This document shows, piece by piece, positions 62,101 to 64,000 of a DNA stretch of 64,000 nt. Position numbers and translations under genes: made by a program. The notes below the pieces were generated by a model that ran no database searches, was not told the origin of the DNA, and saw nothing but the letters and a program-made list of their open reading frames with translations. The stretch lies in assembly GCF_022045235.1 (NCBI RefSeq), contig NW_027266297.1:12524001-12588000 (forward strand). The letters are read 5' to 3'. This stretch comes from Haliotis cracherodii. Lineage: Eukaryota. The first letter of the stretch is position 1. The number at the start of each line of letters is the position of its first letter.

Positions 62101-63404
62101 TGGCATGAATCCCCCATAAGAAAACCTTCATTTTCTATGGTTTCCGGCTTATACGTTTTTGACTGATTGCTGAGTCTATTGATAATAGACGTTGAACTTA
62201 CATGACGTCATCTCAAGCATGACGTCATATAACTATGGAACTGAAAAGAGATGATTGTAAACATGACGTCAAATAACCATGAGAATCTGCCACAGATCTC
62301 AGCTTACTCTACGCATTAGAGTCCTGCCATAGGTCTGAGTCCTACATATAATTGTCCTTTCGCAATGTCATCACAAGAAATAGTCTGTTGTATTTCTGTG
62401 TTTTGTTGGCATTATAAACAGCAGGGATACCTAGAAGGGCTTCACACATTGCACCCACATGGGAAACAATGCTTTAACCACTTGGCTATCCACTGCAACA
62501 ACCCCACTATGTTGTCGGTGTGTATCACCATCTCACAAAGTCTGTACACCAGTCTCTCTAACCTTCTTCGTAGTATATGTATTGTGACACATTTATCATC
62601 ATAAAGATTTTGTTATTCACTCAGATGAAATAATAATTAACAAACAAATCTGACCTTACAGATAGAAGCAGATAGGGCTTGGATGAGTTCAAATTTACGA
62701 CCCGCATACCTGACCCTACCCGGGTACCCACTGTTGGTCTCAAGAGTTGGGAACAAAATGTCTGATTGGGAATTGTTTTACCTCAGCCCTGGCAAAAATT
62801 ATTTGGATACATGTATGAAACGATCAGATCATACGTACACTGAAGTTGACTGAAGCTTTATCTTTACTCAAACATATACAAGTCAAAAGTAATATGTGCA
62901 TCGTCAGAAAGAAATGCTAATAATAGTGACTTGTAGTGTAACCACTGAGCTATAGTGTGTTTTCGTTATCAAACAATATATCACGTGACTAACCACGGGC
63001 CCGGGTAGTCCTATGGGTACCTGTGTCCTACTCAGGACCCACCTGACCCGAGTACCCGAGTTACCCGTCCCAACCCTAGAAGCAGAATAGTCTCCTTTTG
63101 ATACTTTGCCCCTATCTTGTCACTATCTTTGGGCACATGGGTAGGATACTTTTCTGTTAATTAAGCCCCTGTCATACAATACTGTCCAAAATAAACCACA
63201 GTAACTCAGACTCACAGCTTCTTTGTCCAGAGCATCTTCAAAGTCCCGGAGTCTCCGTTCCTCGTACTGCTTCTCCCGAGTGATGCGGTTGGTTCGGATC
63301 ACCTCCTTCTCATGCCTGGCCTGCAGCAACTGCACAGCGATGCGTCTCTCCTGCTGCGACTGCCGCATCAGCCGGTTCACCATCATCTCCTCACGCCGAG
63401 CTTC
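23190..63404 (-). CDS. SPEF2: Sperm flagellar protein 2 (SPEF2/KPL2), 5'-partial; 36 coding exons in window, about 1640 aa
   Basis: Phase-compatible GT-AG exons (- strand): 63216-63404, 60410-60597, 59425-59587, 58569-58685, 57623-57725, 56011-56099, 55690-55747, 55262-55339, 54839-55014, 54167-54270, 53315-53586, 52521-52656, 51870-52011, 50692-50769, 50034-50121, 49570-49692, 48969-49123, 48417-48544, 46066-46132, 45425-45634, 44385-44501, 43415-43713, 42425-42626, 40773-40965, 34369-34458, 33758-33896, 32367-32466, 30040-30147, 29470-29598, 27828-28010, 27268-27411, 26374-26528, 25205-25328, 24647-24727, 24101-24226, 23190-23258 (4923 nt, ends TAG). Recognisable SPEF2 motifs: NRLMRQSQQERRIAVQL, P-loop GKVFSGKT, adenylate-kinase-like WVIDGFPQT, EF-hand-like DQKDTGFVTREQY, C-terminal EHPLIQD. 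Confidence 0.93.
23869..23969. mobile_element. PIF/Harbinger-like MITE (about 100 bp)
   Basis: 21-bp TIR G(T/G)CC(C/T)TGTTCCACAAAGTGAT and a 3-bp CTG TSD. Confidence 0.65.
25480..25850 (+). mobile_element. tRNA-headed SINE, family B (about 370 bp)
   Basis: tRNA-like head, core aacaaggactggtcggctc..agtca shared with 17968-18127 and 57860-58180, tail gatgttaaacccaatttcacctcac. Confidence 0.8.
25857..26021 (-). mobile_element. tRNA-derived SINE, family A
   Basis: Reverse-complement near-copy of 7857-8020; TSD cctcac(c/t)gcttag at 25844-25856 and 26022-26034. Confidence 0.88.
26887..26946. repeat. Compound trinucleotide microsatellite (TTC/TTA/TTG)
   Basis: Direct observation. Confidence 0.85.
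28240..28400 (-). mobile_element. SINE family A, diverged copy
   Basis: gagtgagt tail, ttttagcaatattccagcaatatcac, gggggacaccagaaatgggcttcacac shared with family A. Confidence 0.8.
32625..33300. repeat. 20-bp minisatellite (TGTTCTAAATGTTGCCAGTG)n, about 33 copies
   Basis: Direct tandem repeats. Confidence 0.95.
34728..34874. repeat. DIRS 3' inverted terminal repeat (147 bp) with a unique extension at 34697-34727
   Basis: Exact reverse complement of 40185-40331. Confidence 0.95.
34921..35006. repeat. DIRS internal complementary region (ICR)
   Basis: 34921-34966 is the reverse complement of the left element end and 34964-35006 is the reverse complement of the right end; they are joined through a shared AAA, i.e. 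the circle junction. Confidence 0.93.
35623..38656 (-). pseudogene. DIRS tyrosine recombinase ORF, overlapping the RT ORF in another frame; disrupted in the catalytic domain
   Basis: 836 open codons ending ...KTAFLLSFATAARVSEIHAL; then TGA (36146-36148), a frameshift near 36085 (FVAEN to GQTERE), LCPVRALKYY, TAG (35878-35880), and HEIR (HxxR), CYW, FANHYL (catalytic Tyr); natural stop at 35623-35625. Confidence 0.88.
36655..38580 (-). CDS. DIRS reverse transcriptase - RNase H - adenine-methyltransferase-like ORF (641 codons, uninterrupted)
   Basis: PVGARL; FYSRIFLVPKK; SIDLKDAYLHVPI; LPFGLSSAP; YLDD; RNase H YTDAS, HINCLE, TDN and NVLTDALSR; MT-like DLFAT...DALALDW...YAYPP. No ATG at the ORF start. 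Confidence 0.95.
   Translation of the reverse strand: MRLPQPVRPPFPSPVGARLQTYWENWEQVFDDPWVVNTIRYGYRLDLKANPPLTVAPSAGFYSETDLPFLADAIGRLVEKRAVRELALPEITPGFYSRIFLVPKKDSAELRMIHNLKSFNEFYLRKPPKFRMLSLVDLKALIMPADWLASIDLKDAYLHVPIHPDHHKYLRFVFQGRHYEWVVLPFGLSSAPWLFTRLTTPIVGFLHRRGVRYFAYLDDSLVANRMTDTLSRHLVFARRLLEQLGWIVNLPKSELTPSQNLQFIGGRFNTVSHRLFVPPDRWHKIQAMIAKVLAVQQTVHFWEQLLGLLVSAQACTERGRLQLRPLQRFLIQLLATEVNSATVALPDRLRPHLEWWTVPYNVLSGVSMRPYRATLNLYTDASLVGWGAHLEGEVSSGLWCVDELGLHINCLEFKAVINAVNHWKHRLVDARLMLATDNTTVVSYVNKLGGTHSHSLLDLTFEFYALVDSVPCQIRARHIPGVRNVLTDALSRPQDPSPTEWMLNPVVFQWLCERLGRPMVDLFATRFNNQLPLFVSPVPDLRAIGHDALALDWTGLDAYAYPPTALIPHILSRLRGVRCRMLLIAPMWPNRSWYPDLLTQVTQSPLPLPVRPDLLIHPHTRQLHPNAGQFNLHAWMLSPSV
38663..39789 (-). 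pseudogene. DIRS gag-like ORF1, fragmented
   Basis: Starts MSDMDVSPSS...CGVC; pieces lie in three frames (39558-39851, 39297-39554, 38771-39724) with in-frame TAA at 39558 and TAG at 38771; the basic tail QLPFRG...GPSR ends at TGA 38663-38665. Confidence 0.7.
40185..40331. repeat. DIRS 5' inverted terminal repeat (147 bp)
   Basis: Exact reverse complement of 34728-34874; followed by atgtaaTTT (element end 40340). Confidence 0.95.
41350..41432. repeat. Inverted repeat with 29-bp arms
   Basis: 41350-41378 versus 41404-41432, 2 mismatches. Confidence 0.85.
43825..44180. repeat. Purine/G-rich degenerate minisatellite (GGGGAGGTGAAGGTCAGG-type)
   Basis: Repeated ggaggtgaaggtca and ggttggagtgtaaagg units. 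Confidence 0.85.
44893..45122 (-). mobile_element. SINE-like family C copy
   Basis: Reverse complement of the family C blocks. Confidence 0.75.
46355..48410. repeat. 35-37-bp minisatellite (GAGATAATGTCAACCACTCATTCACTGCTGTGTGTGT)n, about 2 kb
   Basis: Direct tandem repeats with a variable (GT) tract. Confidence 0.96.
50860..51019. mobile_element. Tc1/mariner-pogo-like MITE
   Basis: TA|CAGTCAAA...TTTGACTG|TA termini with a TA TSD. Confidence 0.75.
51590..51826 (-). mobile_element. SINE-like family C copy, near full length
   Basis: Reverse complement of cccgtgaagatc...gctggaatattt...aaacaaac. Confidence 0.82.
56110..57390. repeat. 48-bp minisatellite (CAGTGAGATGAGCTACAGCATTATGTTACCGATGGAGTAAAGAGGAAA)n, about 27 copies
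   Basis: Direct tandem repeats with two interleaved unit variants. Confidence 0.96.
57860..58180 (-). mobile_element. SINE family B copy
   Basis: Reverse complement of 25480-25850 over most of its length; B-box GGTTCGATCCC. Confidence 0.8.
61644..61785. repeat. Long palindrome/hairpin
   Basis: 47-bp arms 61662-61708 and 61721-61767 (4 mismatches), plus outer arms aatactaaac/gtttagtatt. Confidence 0.9.
62673..63078. mobile_element. hAT-like MITE
   Basis: TAGGG...CCCTA imperfect TIRs, perfect 8-bp TSD GAAGCAGA (62665-62672 and 63079-63086), subterminal ACCCG repeats. Confidence 0.85.
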
Positions 63405-64000
63405 CTACCAGGGAGGAGGAGTATACATTTGTAAAACTAATCTGGAGGAATATACTTCAGGCCAAATCAGTTATTAGATTTTCATCCCGACCTACCAACT
63501 ACCAAATACCCTGCCTCACATAATTTTATTGTCCTTATGTACCTACACACCTTACCATGCACATATATATCCTCTCCATGACCAAAACATATTGAAATGT
63601 AATGAATTTTTGAGTTTCAAAACACTGGTATGTTTTTTAGGGAGAAAGACCAATCAGAGATTAAAAGAAATGAAATATCAGCGCTCAAACGCCAGACCCT
63701 TTTCCTCCTTGGAGCGCTGGGTATTTATAAATATTTGTCATTTAGTCGTGTATATAGATTAATGTATTCAAAAGATATATATGTAAATAAGTTATTAGTC
63801 CTGGGAAAGCTGTATCATATAAATTCTAGCCTGCGGGATATTATAATGGCACAATAGGGAAATCATTATGGTTAATCACAGATTGGAAACACTCTTGAAA
63901 AAGGCATTTTGAAAACCAAATTTTCAATACGTTTAAAAATAATCTGGTTGTCTTTTTGAGAAACATGCTAAGGATATGTTACTGTGAAAACATGTATCAT

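Noticed and set aside
61860-62160. Possible decayed transposase/recombinase fragment (YKPETI on the - strand)
   Set aside because: Too short and interrupted to support without a profile search

Overview
Eukaryotic, AT-rich, intron-rich animal DNA (the SINE content suggests a marine invertebrate, probably a mollusc; this is inference). Two protein-coding genes lie tail-to-tail. One is a complete 15-exon class I histone deacetylase (HDAC1/2) on the + strand (10751-21374, about 515 aa). The other is the 3' 36 exons of SPEF2 (sperm flagellar protein 2) on the - strand (63404 down to 23190; the gene continues beyond the window). One SPEF2 intron carries a full-length, 5.6 kb DIRS1-type tyrosine-recombinase retrotransposon (34697-40340) with identical 147-bp inverted terminal repeats, an internal complementary region and TTT ends. 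Its RT/RNase H/methyltransferase ORF is intact, while gag and the tyrosine recombinase are broken. The most interesting detail is at the gag end: a UGA-C stop in frame with the long recombinase ORF, followed by a nested cUUCGg stem-loop, which makes a candidate programmed read-through signal. Introns also hold at least four SINE families, hAT, Tc1/pogo and Harbinger-like MITEs, long palindromes and four minisatellites. Most short ORFs in the supplied track are spurious.
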